A DNA stretch of 51,293 bases, the filler included, from Circinaria calcarea (taxonomy: Eukaryota): assembly GCA_051942165.1 (NCBI GenBank). It is 3 parts of 3 records of this genome, joined end to end, with 100 filler letters (N's around TTAATTAATTAA, not from the genome) between each part and the next. Parts side by side here need not be neighbours in the genome. Positions count along the whole stretch, not along the records: positions 1 to 17,038 come from JAVECS010000288.1; 2 more parts are not named here. One strand, 5' to 3'. This document shows, in pieces, positions 1-12,851 of the stretch (the stretch's first letter is position 1; every line of letters starts with the position of its first letter). Position numbers and translations under genes: made by a program. Under the pieces are notes generated by a model that was given only the letters and a program-made list of their open reading frames with translations, had not been told where the DNA came from and did not search any database.

Positions 1-1042
1 GTGGTGTTTTTGAGGAGGGAAGGGGAAGAGAAAGAGGGGATGGTGAGTGGTGCTTCTGCTTCTGGTTCTGCTTTTGGGAAGAGGAATGGGGGATGGGAAT
101 GGGGGCGCATCAAAAGCTGACGTGCGGGATATTGGGATGGGGGGATTTAGGATACCATACGGCATCTCCTCGGCACCGTTTCCGCTGTGTTGGCGCATCA
201 TTCTTCGGCTTCGTCTTCGTCTTCGTCTTCTTCGACGGGTATGAGCTACGCGTACGATAGCTACGGCGCCGACGCTCCGCTTCTCCTCGCTGTTGCTCTA
301 CCATCTACCACGGCTACGGCTACGGCTACGGCAACGGCACCTCCATTGACCATGGAGGAGGAGAAATGGGAGGATCTGTGCCGGGAGAGCCGGGGGTGGG
401 AGTTTATCGACGGTACCGATGCTACCGGTGTAAATAAAGGGGTGGGGAAAGGGATAAGGAATGAGTATGGCGGTATGTCACCATCTCAATCACATTCACC
501 TAGGGGCCGATGGTGCAAGTACTGTTAAGATTTAAAGCTGGAGGGAGGCAAGGTAGAAAAAGGGCTAACGCCCCAATCCCAAACGAATCCAGAAACCACC
601 GGACTCGCACGCTTGAAAGAAGCACTCGAAGCGAATGAGTGGTCCATAGACGACGAGGGCGAGCAAGGGTTCGAGATCGAAGGAGAGTTGGGCGGCTTAG
701 GGTTGGAAGAGGAGGAGGAAGACTTTGGTGTTGAGATTAGGAGCGAGGGGAAGCAGGTAGACGAGGAAATGAGGGAGCCGATCCTGGGGAGGAAGGGGGA
801 TTGGGAGGATAACTTGCCAAAAGCTGCGCTGGAAGGCGGAGATGAAGAAGTCAGGGAGTTGGAGAGGATGATGTTGAAGATGCAGGCGGTGAAAGGTGAG
901 TTGCTGCTTCTACCATACTCGGGGATAGCAAATCACGGATAGCTAACATTGACTCCTCCTAGACATGGGCGTGGACATGCCCGAAGCCGAACGGAAGAAA
1001 TTCGCAGCCAAGGCAGTCCGAGAAATTATGAAAACGTTATGA
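1..1042 (+). CDS. IRC6: Alpha/gamma-adaptin-binding protein p34 / Irc6 family, 5' end outside window
   Basis: Manual splicing with GT-AG introns 43-150, 473-592 and 896-962 (each with a CTRAC branch site) gives ...WEFID...RNEYGE|TTGLARLKEALEANEW...ELERMMLKMQAVKD|MGVDMPEAERKKFAAKAVREIMKTL*, the typical fungal Irc6/p34 C-terminus. Confidence 0.8.
211..339 (+). repeat. Coding hexamer microsatellites (TCGTCT)3 and (ACGGCT/A)5
   Basis: Seen at 211-228 and 310-339; encode poly-Ser and Thr-Ala runs in the IRC6-like exon. Confidence 0.8.
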
Positions 1043-1326
1043 GCTGCTTACTTCATATTACTGACATCCTTTCTCTCCGGGAACAGCAAACTTTAGCCTA
1101 GCATCCATCAAAAGTTCCACCAACACCGAAAATCATACGAACATCGGCACCGGAAAATTCCAATTGTTGCTTCGTAAAACCACCAGCGATCTTTAAAAAC
1201 TCAAATATTCGCCCAGTGACTCCCATCAGAAACCCGAGCCGATGTCGTTGCTCTACCCGGCCCGCGCCAATCGCCATAAAGCCCGAAGACGCCAAACTCT
1301 TTGACACTCGGTCTAGGAAAAATGTT

Positions 1327-3289
1327 TCAAGCAGGCTCATTGGCGGTATCCGCGACGATACCCGCTGTCCTGCGTCCTGACACTCTGCCCGCACTACCAT
1401 GAAACACAAAAGGTCCTGCGTCATTTCGGGGCGTCAAGGGTCCTTCGGTGGTAAGCATATCATTGATGGTAGGCGTATTTGGTCGTAAGTACATCGACGA
1501 TCTGGCGGTAGCTTGTCCGTTGTATTGCAGACCATCCTCCATGCCATCCCTCGCCCAATGAGTTGGACCGGTATTGAGACGATGGTGTTCTGCCGCATCA
1601 AGATTCGCAGCTAAGACTGCGCCCTGTGGTAAACGAAGGTTTGAGCGATGATTCGGAGGCGCAGTCGAGGTTGATGGTGTCACCGCATGATTGACTACGG
1701 AGAGATGCCCGGTACTTTCGGCTAGATTCGACTCTGACACTGCGTGTAACTCTTCATCCGGTGGCGTCACGGAAGTAGAGACATGGAAGGGATGCCCTGA
1801 CTCAATCTCGTCGGGATTTGAGCCGAGCTCCTCGTCGTTGTCATCCCAGTCTTCCAGGTCGATCATATCTTCAATGTCTGCTTCAAGGTCTGCCATCGCC
1901 CGACAATTTGGACAGAGGAATTGCGGCCATGTTTTGTGATCGTTTAGAATAGGACGGATGCACTTGTAATGCCAGACGTGAGAGCATGGAGCAACAAAGA
2001 GTGATTGGCAAGGCTTGATGTCGTTAGTCATATGCGTGGTAAGCAACATAGGAGAGCTTTCAGCTTACAGCAATAGCCATCAGGCATATCGAACATTCTG
2101 ATGAGTGGGTGGACGCTGCGTCCGAGTCCACCTTGGCATCTGCTTTGCCCAAAGCTCGCAGTTGCCTGTGGGTTTGCACACTAGATTCCGTCAGTAGCGT
2201 ATAGCTCACCGAGACATAGTCTCGGGGGTAGGTATCTAACTTGAAATTATTGAGGCTTTTTTGCCATGACCGGTTACACTCGATCCGTATTTTGACACAT
2301 CGGAAAATCATCTCTTCTCCACCTCGGAAGTCGATACCTAACTGTACAATGTCACCATCATTGACTGGGAAGGGTCGTGATTCGACACTTGGCTGACTAA
2401 GTCTGATGTGGTTGAGGAAGGTCCCGGATGAGCTCCTGACATCCTTGATATACCATTGGCCTTGGGAACACCAGAACTCGCAGTGCCTGCGGCTGACCAC
2501 TTTTGACTTGAACCCCACAGGTGCTGACGAGGGCGCATTCGATGGAGGATTTGGATTTCCATCGCGTTCGGAATAGCGGCCAACCCTTATCACGCAGTCC
2601 TCATGTGGCAGAGTCCTCGATGTAGTAGCAAACGTAAGTGATGGCTTGCCGGCGCGAGGGTCCTGGTGGGGGATAAACTTGATCGTTGGCATCTTGTCCT
2701 GGGGCAATCCAGCAAGTCCTGCCGATTCTCGAGTCGTAGTGGGAACGGGAGCATTGCTGACAGGAGTCCCGGCGGGAGGGTTGCCCCCACTGGTACTTCT
2801 TACTTCTTGGCCGCTGGTATTTGCTGGAACAGACTGCCCACGGCGACTGCTCAGTGGGTTGTCTCCACCCCGATGTCGTGCCATGATTCTTGAAATCCCA
2901 CCCGAAGTTGAAGTTGGTGCGACGTCTTCTTGTGAAGCTTCGATTGACCCGTGGCGAGCATGTGTAGATGGTATAGGAATAGCAGATGAGCCACTGCTGT
3001 CGTGTGGCCAATCGCCAGGAGGTGAGGCGGGGCTTGTCGGGCCTGCTGGAGAGCCTTCATTCGAGAGGACTGCCTCGCTAGGATAGGTAGTAGATCGGAT
3101 AAGGGTATTGGGCCGTGCAGGAGGGGCTGAGGAGGAGGACTGTTGGGAGTGCAGAGAAAGGTGTTGCTGCGTGTAGCTACGTAGATAGCTGAGCCCTCTG
3201 AGCCTGCTTGGTCGGGATGGACTCGTAGGCGCGGCGGATGAGGTGCTGGTGGAGACAGTCGGGGACGATGGCACAGCCTGCGCGTACAT
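1327..3289 (-). CDS. dma1: FHA + RING E3 ubiquitin ligase (Dma1/Chf family)
   Basis: FHA motifs GRYSER...FKSKVVSRRHC...KDVRSSSGTFLN...DIVQLGIDFRGG; RING ECSICL|PCQSLFVAPCSHVWHYKCIRPIL...FLCPNCR; C-terminal EGPLTPRNDAGPFVF. Likely ATG at 3289 (MYAQAV); two introns near 2.0-2.25 kb. Confidence 0.93.
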
Positions 3290-3999
3290 TTTGTACAGAT
3301 AAAGGTGGGATTGGGAGGGATTCCTCGAATGGCTGTGCACAGGTTCAAGATTAGGGTGGGCGTGGGGCAGAAAAGTAGCGCCGTATGGTACTCCGTAGCC
3401 ATGGTATCCAGATAACATGAACCAGTCTCAAAGCCATGTGAATCAGATAATTTGCGGCAATCTGTTGATCCGCTGTACTTCCAATCCAGATATCAAGCCA
3501 TCCAAATAGTACCAAGTCTAGCAGTTTGATCTCATGGCCAGTGTGCTTCCGTACATGCGCCAGCAGAGTGTGCTTGCTTGGCGATGAAGATACTAAGACA
3601 ATCTCCATTCCGATAGAGATAGCTATATATGATTTTAACTCTAAAATAATCAGCTTGGTTTTACAAAACTAATATGAGTCATGTATTTATTATTATACCA
3701 ATTCAGTCTCTCTTATCTGACACTTTATATCCCAGCATGAACCATTTTGTGTTTCGAACCCCCTTTTTTTAGGTTATTCCGTTAGATGATGGGATATTAC
3801 GAAGTATATATGACTCTTTGTAAGTTTTTCTAATTATATTAAGAATAAGCTTTTAAAGAAACAGCGGTCCTCAGAACCGAGTATTCGTACTTACCTATCG
3901 TGCCCAAAGGCTTTTCCCTACAATCCTTCTTATGACAAGGTTGAAACATAGGGAGGCGGGAAAAACACCCGATCAATTGTCGAACACAACCTTCTAAGT

Positions 4000-4860
4000 C
4001 GGTCAAGACAGAAAAGGCCACCCCATACGGAGGGTCAGTGGCTTCATTCCTCCTAAACAAGGCTTCCAACCGCTGGTGCTCAAAAACGTAAGTTAGTCTG
4101 TGAAGACCATAAACTAGTAAGCTAATATCGTGCTAGACGGAAGAGGATATTGAGATGGTTCGACAGATCTCAAGGAAGAGACGATCGAGGTGCTTCATTG
4201 CCATAATGGACCACCCACTCTGGGAGTCGAGAGATAAAACGTCTATAGTACGCTCAAGACGTGCATATCCGAGTTACACGAGCAGCATTGCAGGATTCGA
4301 GTCACTGGTTATCCTGTGAATTCGGACTTCGCCCAGGACGTATACTGGCAGCACGCTCCCAAGTCTGTTTCTTTAAAACGTCAGAGACCAAAGCAAAGCC
4401 CACTTTACTATGTTACAAAGGGCCTTGAAACAGGTCGAGAAGGACCTAACGACCAACGATAATCCAGTGCAGAACCTTTTGAAAAACGCCCTCCTGGAAT
4501 ACTTGGAGAACAAAAGTATCATCCTACCGGACCGAGCAGAGGTTCCCGGAGATTTTGATGAGTTTGAAGATACGGATGACGGCAATATGAGCATTTACAT
4601 TACAAACTCCTTTAGACAATTTAGCAGATTTCATTCAGCCAGGCGCCAGGTTCCTTACCCGGAACACATCTCCTACCTCAAGTCCCAACAGCCTAATGCA
4701 AGCTATCGTGGAAGGTGATAGTGATGACAGGAAGGTCGGGCAAGACGACGGAGAGAGGGTTCCTGGAATGGCTGTCAGCCTTACGGCCAGGTTTGCTTCG
4801 CACGGCCTAAGACACGAGACGTGTGCACTGCAAAAGGCAAGGAGGATCAAATAGAATGAT
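4000..4860 (+). pseudogene. Degenerate coding-like segment of unknown function
   Basis: Clean intron 4088-4136 (GTAAGT...GCTAAT...CTAG) and protein-like ORF 4410-4718, but the frames do not join into one intact CDS. Boundaries approximate. Confidence 0.25.
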
Positions 4861-5171
4861 GGAGGGAAAGATCTGTGAAGTGGAGAGGAACATTGTCAGA
4901 CCAGCTTCGGAGGCAGATCTCGTATCTAAGCCAGAAGTTCGGACTCGTAATCTTTCGGCTATCCAAATGTCAAGATTGGATTCATGACGCTGCCCTTCAG
5001 GTCCACCTTATCAACTGACATATGCAATTTATGGTAGATCATCCAGCTTAAGGTAGCTATACCTTTCCGGATCGCTCAGCACAAAGCACGTTGAAAAGTG
5101 GCTGTACTCGGTTGATGGGAAAACATGATACTACGACTCTAGACTTTACGGTCCAAGAATCCTATAAGCTT

Positions 5172-6898
5172 CTAGCTAGTCGCAAAATCAGCCCCCTCAA
5201 GGAATGAAAGGACACCACCAACGAGATGAAGACTCCCGGTCACCAGTATCTGAATTTCGCCTTTATCCTGACTGAGTTGCCTGACATACCCGACTGCCTC
5301 TTCGATAGTGGGAATAACAGATACTTGTGACTGTGCATCCAAGATTCTCCACAGATCCGCGAAACCCTTTTGAACCGTCAAACTCGAAATGGCGCTGGCA
5401 TCGCTGTTGCGATTGACGAAATCTTTCAAGATTATTAGCAACGGGAACCTCCAATTGCAGAAGGCTCGGGCATGTCTATACCGGGTTTGTAGGTCATGGT
5501 TTTGTATGTTATATTTGTGCAAAAGATAACATGTTGCAGTCGAATCCCACCCTCGAGGCAAAGGGTACGATGGAGTATCTGCAATAATTCCACAGCATCT
5601 CTCTGCGACTGTTGGTTGAAAATCAGAACCTTCGGCAGCGACCTGTGCGCGATTCGAATTATGGCATCAGCTCTTTTCTAGCTGAGTCGAGGGATGTTGG
5701 TAAGTAGAGTTGAGAATAAATGTTGTACCTTTTCTGAGCAACCTTGGTGAACCAATTCCCGGCAACTTTAAGACTATCTTGAGTATGCGCCCCGTCTATA
5801 CACCATGTTCTATTCCCTTCCACCTTGGTCTCACAGCGTCCCCGCCAAACCGCCTTCCCTAAGCCCGTGACGAACTCGTCCGGGAGCTTTTCTCCTTCTT
5901 CCATAGTTGACACTCCAGCGTGTTCCAAAACAGTATTGGCGAGAGCAATCGCAAGCGATGCATTTACCCTTTGAAACTCCTCATCTGGTTTTATGTCCAC
6001 TTTGTAAATCTCAGGATGTACTTTAACGACTTGAAGCTGGACACCCTTCTCCTCGGCTCGTTGCTCCAAGACCGGTACGGCAGCCTGTACCTGTTCGACG
6101 GAGAATGCAGGGCAATGCGATTTGAAAATACCCGCCTTGTGCCACGCAATCTCTTCGATTGTTTCCCCGAGGGTTATAGTATGATCGATCCCGAGGGTCG
6201 TTATACCTGTCACGACAGGAGACTCAATGATGTTTGTAGAGTCGAATTCCCCTCCTACACCGACCTCATAAATAGCCGTATCGACGCCCTCTCTCATGAA
6301 AACATGAAAAGACAGCAAGGTAAGAAAACGAAAGTATACGGGTTTTTGGAGAGGATCTAGTCCTTGTGCCAAAGCTGAAGATTCGAGAGCCTCCCATACC
6401 TCGAAGAAGTACTTTGCGAATAGTGATTCCGATACCGGCTCAGAGTTTATTCTAATCCTTTCGCGCACGGCGATCAGATGGGGCGATGTATAGAGACCAA
6501 TCTTTTCTGGAAGTCCGGTTTTCGCTCGGTAATTCGTGAGTATTGAGTTCACGTAGGCACAAGTTGTACCTTTGCCTTTCGTCCCAGCAACGTGGACAAT
6601 GTTGAGGCGGTTAAAGTCGCTAGGCTTTTCAACAACATCAGATTCTGAGAATATACGGATATATATAAGGAACACCATAAGGGGACGACATACTTTATAT
6701 CCAATCCTACGAACCCATTCCCTCATTTCGCTGACTGCTGAACTGTCCATCTTGTGTCCTACTTTTCTCCTTTCTTCCAAGGTTGCGAAGCCTGATTGGA
6801 GAGAGTTCAAGCCATGGATCGCACTCTAATTCACTTGAATATAGTTATAACGCGTTGTTTTGAGGCTGACCAACCTCGTATGAAGACCTCTCTTCCAT
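5172..6898 (-). CDS. MET7: Folylpolyglutamate synthase (FPGS)
   Basis: P-loop HVAGTKGKGTT, LYTSPHL..VRERIRIN, YFRFLTL, EVGVGGEFDSTN, LGIDH, WRGRCE, DGAHT and C-terminal ILVTGSLHLVGG; multi-exon, first exon MEERSSYE. Confidence 0.92.
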
Positions 6899-7243
6899 AT
6901 TGGAGTGACGGAATTGGCAATAAGTTCTGCTCAGTTGGCTTGGACACGTATGACGTGGAATAATAAGATATAATCTGCGCATTGAGACTTGAGACGACTG
7001 CAGCCCCATCAATAAGGCAGAGTAAGAGAACGAACTGTGTTTAGATTGCACGTAAACGCAGATTTGTGGCTGAATGTGGGGGGTCTCAGTTACACAGCAC
7101 TATATCTAAGACCAGGGAACATTGCACATAACCCCGTTCAGGCGCTGCTCTTCTGCTCTTTCTCGAACCATCCTCTATCGAACAACGACGATACAATAGG
7201 AAAACAAGAACACGGTCGATACCAGCGCTCCACTGTTCAAGCG

Positions 7244-10200
7244 ATGGACGATGACAGTTATGGAATTACTATACTCCATCAACCCGAAAAGGATACTCGA
7301 ATAGTGCTTGAGTAATGCAATACGACCTCGGTTGTATTAATTATTATAACTGATTTTCTTCCGCAGTCTTGTAGCAATACATGGCCTGAATGGTCATGCC
7401 CTGCAAACATGGACCCACAAACAAACCAGGACAATGTGGCTTCGGGACTTACTTCCTGAATCTCTACCTAACGTTCGGATTATGACCTATGGGTATAACG
7501 CTAAGTTTCGAAATTTTACTGGGCATCAGGATTTAAGAAGCATTTCAATGAAGCTTCTTACAGAGCTTGTAGATCTTAGGAGAACAGCAGAGGTATAGTG
7601 ACTATCTTACGACATTAACAACTTTAATTAAGTTTAACAGACCTTGTGGAAATAGGAGATACGTCGACCGGTGATATTTGTTTGCCATAGCCTTGGTGGG
7701 ATTGTTGCGAAGAAGGTTTATTAGATATCGAAGTTCTGTATTATTATTCGCATATACTTACTCATATATTCAGGCGCTGTTGCTCGGCTGTCCCGAGGAG
7801 CAAACCAAAGTCCAACAAGCAGTATACGGAATCGTATTTCTTGGTATGGTTTGGGAGATAGCAAACAGACGCGTTCGCAGTGTTAACACTAAAACAGGAA
7901 CACCACATAACGGTAGTAGTATTGCTACTTGTGGGAAATTGGTCGCAAATATTGTTGCAGCTTGTTCGCCTGTTAGTCCTGCTACGATGATACTTGGAGC
8001 GCTTCGGAAAGATTCTACAGTTCTCTTTGAAATCACTGAAGATTTTGTTGAGAAGACATCAAGGCTGCAGTTGGTCTCATTTTTTGAAATGGAGATGACG
8101 AATTTCGGGTTTTTCAGAAAAATGTTAAGTTCTTCTTCTGGAGAATAGCTTACTCCCTAATCTCTATTACAGATTGTTGAGCATCGTTCCGCCATATTAA
8201 ATGTGCCCAGTGAAATCGTTATAGGACAGAACGCTGATCATCGGGATCTCGTGAGGTTTTCATCCCTGCATGATCGCAACTTCCGTCCGCTACTCTCGAG
8301 GCTTAAAAAGTTCAGGGATGATATCAATGACAAAGATATTGCCTCGCCTTATATTCACATAGGAATCCATGCGCTCCAGTTGGAAGGTACGTGCAAAAGA
8401 CCGGTTCTTGTATTTGTTGATACCAATAGTTCGAAATGCAGGCAATGCAATGCTTTTTGATATCCCCAACTCACCCTGCAATGTATTTCGTGGTAGAGAA
8501 GATCTCCTAATCAAACTGGACAAACATTTTAACCCATTGGGTTCAGAAAGTTACGGCCAGCTTACATTTGCTATCTGCGGTCTAGGTATACCCACTATCG
8601 TATTAACCGGTCTTTGCTAATCGATCTTAGGAGGATCGGGGAAGACTCAAGCAGCCTTGCAATATGCTATTCGGAACCGCGCCAGATATACATCTGGCGT
8701 GTGGTTTTTCAACGCTGACTCTACTGCAACTCTAATTGCAGACTTTGAACGGATATCTGGCATATTGAGGTTGGGGCATGATTCAAACAAGGTCGCTGCT
8801 ACGAAGAGATGGTTATCTAAAGAAGAAAACTCGAGATGGCTTCTGATTTTTGATAACGCTGATGACCTAGACTCTGTACGCATCTCGAAATACCTTCCGG
8901 CAGTCCCCTGGGGACATGTTATTATAACGAGCCGTGATCAAGCCGCAATTGGTAATGTGGGCAAAGAGGGTTATTTAATGGGTAGGCTCAAACAAGAAGA
9001 AGCTCTGGCAGTCTTACTCGAAAAGGCTGGCATTGGGAAGCCTACTGTTGAAGAGTTTGAAAAAGCACGGGAAATCGTGGAGCTCTTGGGGTGCCTACCC
9101 TTAGCAGTTGACCAAGGGGGTGCTTTCATTAGAGCCAGGCGGAAAACTTTAGCAGATTACCACCGCCTCTTTGAGGCGCAACAACGCGAAGTTCTGACAT
9201 TCAAGCCTCGGCTAGCGGAGTACGACAAGACGGTTTTGACAGCTTGGGAAGTCAACTTCAAACAGGTCGAGCGTGATTCAGAGGCAGCGTCCAACTTACT
9301 GCTCTTATTTTGCTTCCTTGACGCTGGGGATATACCTGAAACAATGCTTTCCCGCGGATGCTCATCTCAAAACCGCTGGGATTGCCAGGGCGAGATATCA
9401 AAAGCTACAGCAGCAGAAGGCGGCTTAGATCCAGATGTTATCGATCTCGTGATGAACGAGATGCGTTTTGACGCCGCTATTGAAAAGCTCCTATCATTTT
9501 CACTAATTCAACTCCAAATAAATGCTAACGGGTTGAGGAGTTTTGGACTTCATCCCCTGGTACAGTACTCTGCCTCCCAGCGTGTACCAACAACCATTCA
9601 AAACAGGTGGAGGCTTCAGGCGATTCTGCTAGTTTGTCACGCCTTTCCCAGGGAGAAGTACCTTGAGCCTATGTAAGTCATTCAAGACTCTAAATGCTGA
9701 TGACAACACTAAATCTCTTATGGCAAGTTATGGAGATATAGGGAGGTCGCAACTCCCACATGTCCACCGCGTACTAAAGGAGTATGACAAGCTCACGACT
9801 CTGAACCCAATGGTCCAGTCTGTTAGGCGCGAAGTTGCGTCAATGCTATTAGCAGCCTCTAGATTCTCAGATACATCCTGGAAACTTCACGCAATCAATC
9901 GAGTTAAGGATCTCTTACAGGGTGATTCCGATTGCTATATGCACGCATGGGCAGTACATCGGGAAAGTGCTTTATTGCGAATGTTTGGCAACCCAAAGCA
10001 GTCTAATCAGGCGCTGGAGACCTTTATTCATGGAACAGTATTCCCAGGTCATGATGTGGGGCTAGAATCGGATCCAAAATGGAACGCTCAACGTGGAGGC
10101 CTGGTTGTTTCATTCGCGGAGAATCTGATTCAGGACGGCGACTTAACCCGCGCCAAGAACGAACTACTAGAATGGGAGCCAATATATCCAAAATTCCCTT

Positions 10201-10934
10201 CAACACTGGAGAGCCTGGTGCTACGAAGCAGAAATGTAGCTTTAGGTAAAATCTTGAGATGTGAGGGCCATTTTAGTGATGCATTATCTTATCTTACGGA
10301 TGTTCTCGGAGAAAGCGCATACGACCAATCCTACGAAGGCACTGGTGAGCGCAGACTCTTGCTCTGCAACATCGCAGATCTCTACTGCGAGCTAGACCAG
10401 CCAACCAGTGCCCAAGAAATTCTGCAGCTGGAATTAAAAGAAATGAGTGAGGGAGAATGCAAGAACGTCAGCAGTGGAAGGCGTGTCCAACTTTCACTGA
10501 TAGAAAGTTTGCTTCGACTTCGTATGTTCGACAAGGCAGAAGAGTCTTCCTGGAACCTTGAACCCGCTTATGAAGCCATTTCCAACCCCGACGCCCTCAC
10601 CAGCATTAGTCATTTTCGGCTGTGGACTGGCTTAGCGAGGATCTCACACTTAACATGCCGCTGGGAGGAAGCTCTTCCCCGTTGGAGACGTGCGTTGAAG
10701 ATCCTAGAGGATCGCAAGTGGGTACCGAGTTATAATTCCGGGATAGTACGCTTCTCCATTTCGCATGTTTTGTATAAACTGCAGGATTTCCAAGAAAGCT
10801 CTGCGATGATGGAGAAGGCGAAGATAGACTTGGATAGCGAGGGACGCAAGTTCTGGATCGTCAGCCTGGGCTCTTATTGGTATGATTACATTACAGCGCA
10901 AGAGATGCCCGAGATCCAGAATGTCAAGAGGTAG
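7244..10934 (+). CDS. Fungal NLR-like protein: SesB-like alpha/beta-hydrolase + NB-ARC + TPR-like repeats
   Basis: Spliced N-terminus DLVAIHGLNG, WLRDLLP, RIMTYGY, FVCHSLGG, GTPHNGS, ADHRDL; NB-ARC FRGRE, GL|GGSGKT (Walker A split by an intron), LLIFDNAD, VIITSR, GCLPLA, LHPLVQ; helical TPR-like C-terminal exon up to 10934. Confidence 0.88.
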
Positions 10935-11738
10935 AGAGAGGTGTTTGCAATGATTCCTCCGTTTCATTGTATTATTCGGGGTCCGACAGCATATACCACC
11001 TTGGTCTTTTCTCTATTTAGTTCAGGGGACCAGAATACGTTGCATCCAAATTACTTTGTACTCAGCCTGGTGATAACTACTGGTAGCCGGAGTTCGGCTT
11101 GAACTCAGTGACGCAGCTGAGGTTGACCACCAAGTAGTTGGGGGGAAGTCGCCGGGGGGAAGTCCTCCGGTTTTCTTAAAGTAATTATCCAGTAGTGAAA
11201 CCAAAATTCAGCGTTACATGCATAGTGGAGGAGTCCAATTTCGATGTCGCGGTTAATTTAACACTTTACTATGCGCATCACTACCTATGTAAGTCACTTG
11301 ATGCTTGTAATCTGTATATATCTTGGTGGGCATTACATATAAAATGTACAGGGCATCAGCCACGGAAGTACGTGCAAAGGCTTTTAATTCAGAGATTATG
11401 TTATATTGAAATTTATTTTCTTGGTAAATTACTCTAAAAAAAACCAAGCGACTCCCCCCCAGTGTCTGGGGTTGTTGGGGTTGACCACCTTCTGCTTACA
11501 GTCGGAGCGGTATAGAAGCTTCCATTGTTATCGGGTGAGCATGAGATCTCTACGGATGTCTTACTGTGGAAGGAGGTGCTACATATTCTATGCTGTCTGC
11601 TTGCTACCTTCCTAATCCAATGGTCCGAGGATTCAACTATTTCCACCATACGGCACTAGCACTCGATCATATAAAGAACATGTTTCTGGTGGATTTTTTC
11701 AATTTTCCTTTGGCTTGAACCCTTCTCTCCTCGCAAGC

Positions 11739-12711
11739 ATGTCCGCTCTCAAAGTTCCTGAAGGTCTCGTTGATTTCTCAGTGCCTGGTGCGGGAAAACC
11801 ATGTCAGACGTGGTACAAAGTCGTCGGCGACCTCCAGTCCGGCACCCGTCCCCTTGTTTGTCTTCATGGGGGACCAGGCTGCAGTCACCATTACTTGCTA
11901 AGTATAGCTGATCTAACCTCGTTGTACGGGATTCCAACCATTTTCTACGACCAGATCGGCAATGCATCCTCCACCCACCTTCCGGAGAAGAACGGAGACG
12001 CCTCATTCTGGACGATAGAGCTCTTCCTCGACGAACTTGACAATCTGCTTTCCAAACTGGGGGTGCAGGATGACTATGATCTATTAGGACAGTCTTGGGG
12101 AGGCATGCTGGGAGCATGTCATGCCGCCCGTCAACCGACGGGGCTGAAGAGACTTATCCTTGCGGACTCGCCATCTGATATGCGTTTATTCGTGGAGGCT
12201 GCGAACCTGCTTCGAACCAGGCTACCCCAAGATGTGCAGGATGCCTTGAACAAGCACGAAACAGATGGAACGACGGACAGCGAAGAGTACGAAGCGGCCG
12301 TCGAAGTATTCTACTCTCGTCATCTGTGCCGCTTGAACCCCATGCCCGAGGAGCTGGTTACAAGCTTGGAGTGGATCAAAAAGGACCCTACCGTATACTT
12401 GACCATGTACATCTACCCCTAGCTCCTCCCTGTCAACTTACTGAACACAGAACAGGAACGGACCGTCAGAGTTTCACGTCGTAGGTACGCTGAAAGATTG
12501 GGATATCGACGACGACGCGCACAAGATCAATGCCCGAACGCTGCTTATCAACGGTCGCTACGACGAAGCGCAGGACAGCACCGTCGAGCCATTCTTCCGG
12601 GAGATACCCAAAGTGAAGTGGGTGACGTTTGCTGAATCAAGCCATGTACCGCAGTGGGAAGAAAGGGAGCGGTTTATGGAGATTGTTGGCAATTTCTTGC
12701 GAGCTAAATGA
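11739..12711 (+). CDS. Proline iminopeptidase / L-amino-acid amidase (peptidase S33)
   Basis: HGGPG, YDQIG, nucleophile GQSWGG; intron 12407-12455 joins PTVYLTM|NGPSEF; INGRYDE, SSHVPQWEE; stop TGA 12709-12711. Confidence 0.92.
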
Positions 12712-12828
12712 TATGTTTTCGTTATGTATCTCAATCTAGCATCAAGCCTCTTGATCCACAGGGTGAGGTTGGTTGTACCTGGTGTCAGTAAATCTATATT
12801 TCAAAGGGGTTGAAGGGAATGCATCCTC

Positions 12829-12851
12829 CCGGCTCACCGGCTCACCGGCTC
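12829..12851. repeat. Tandem repeat (CCGGCTCA) x ~3
   Basis: ccggctcaccggctcaccggctc seen directly. Confidence 0.7.
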
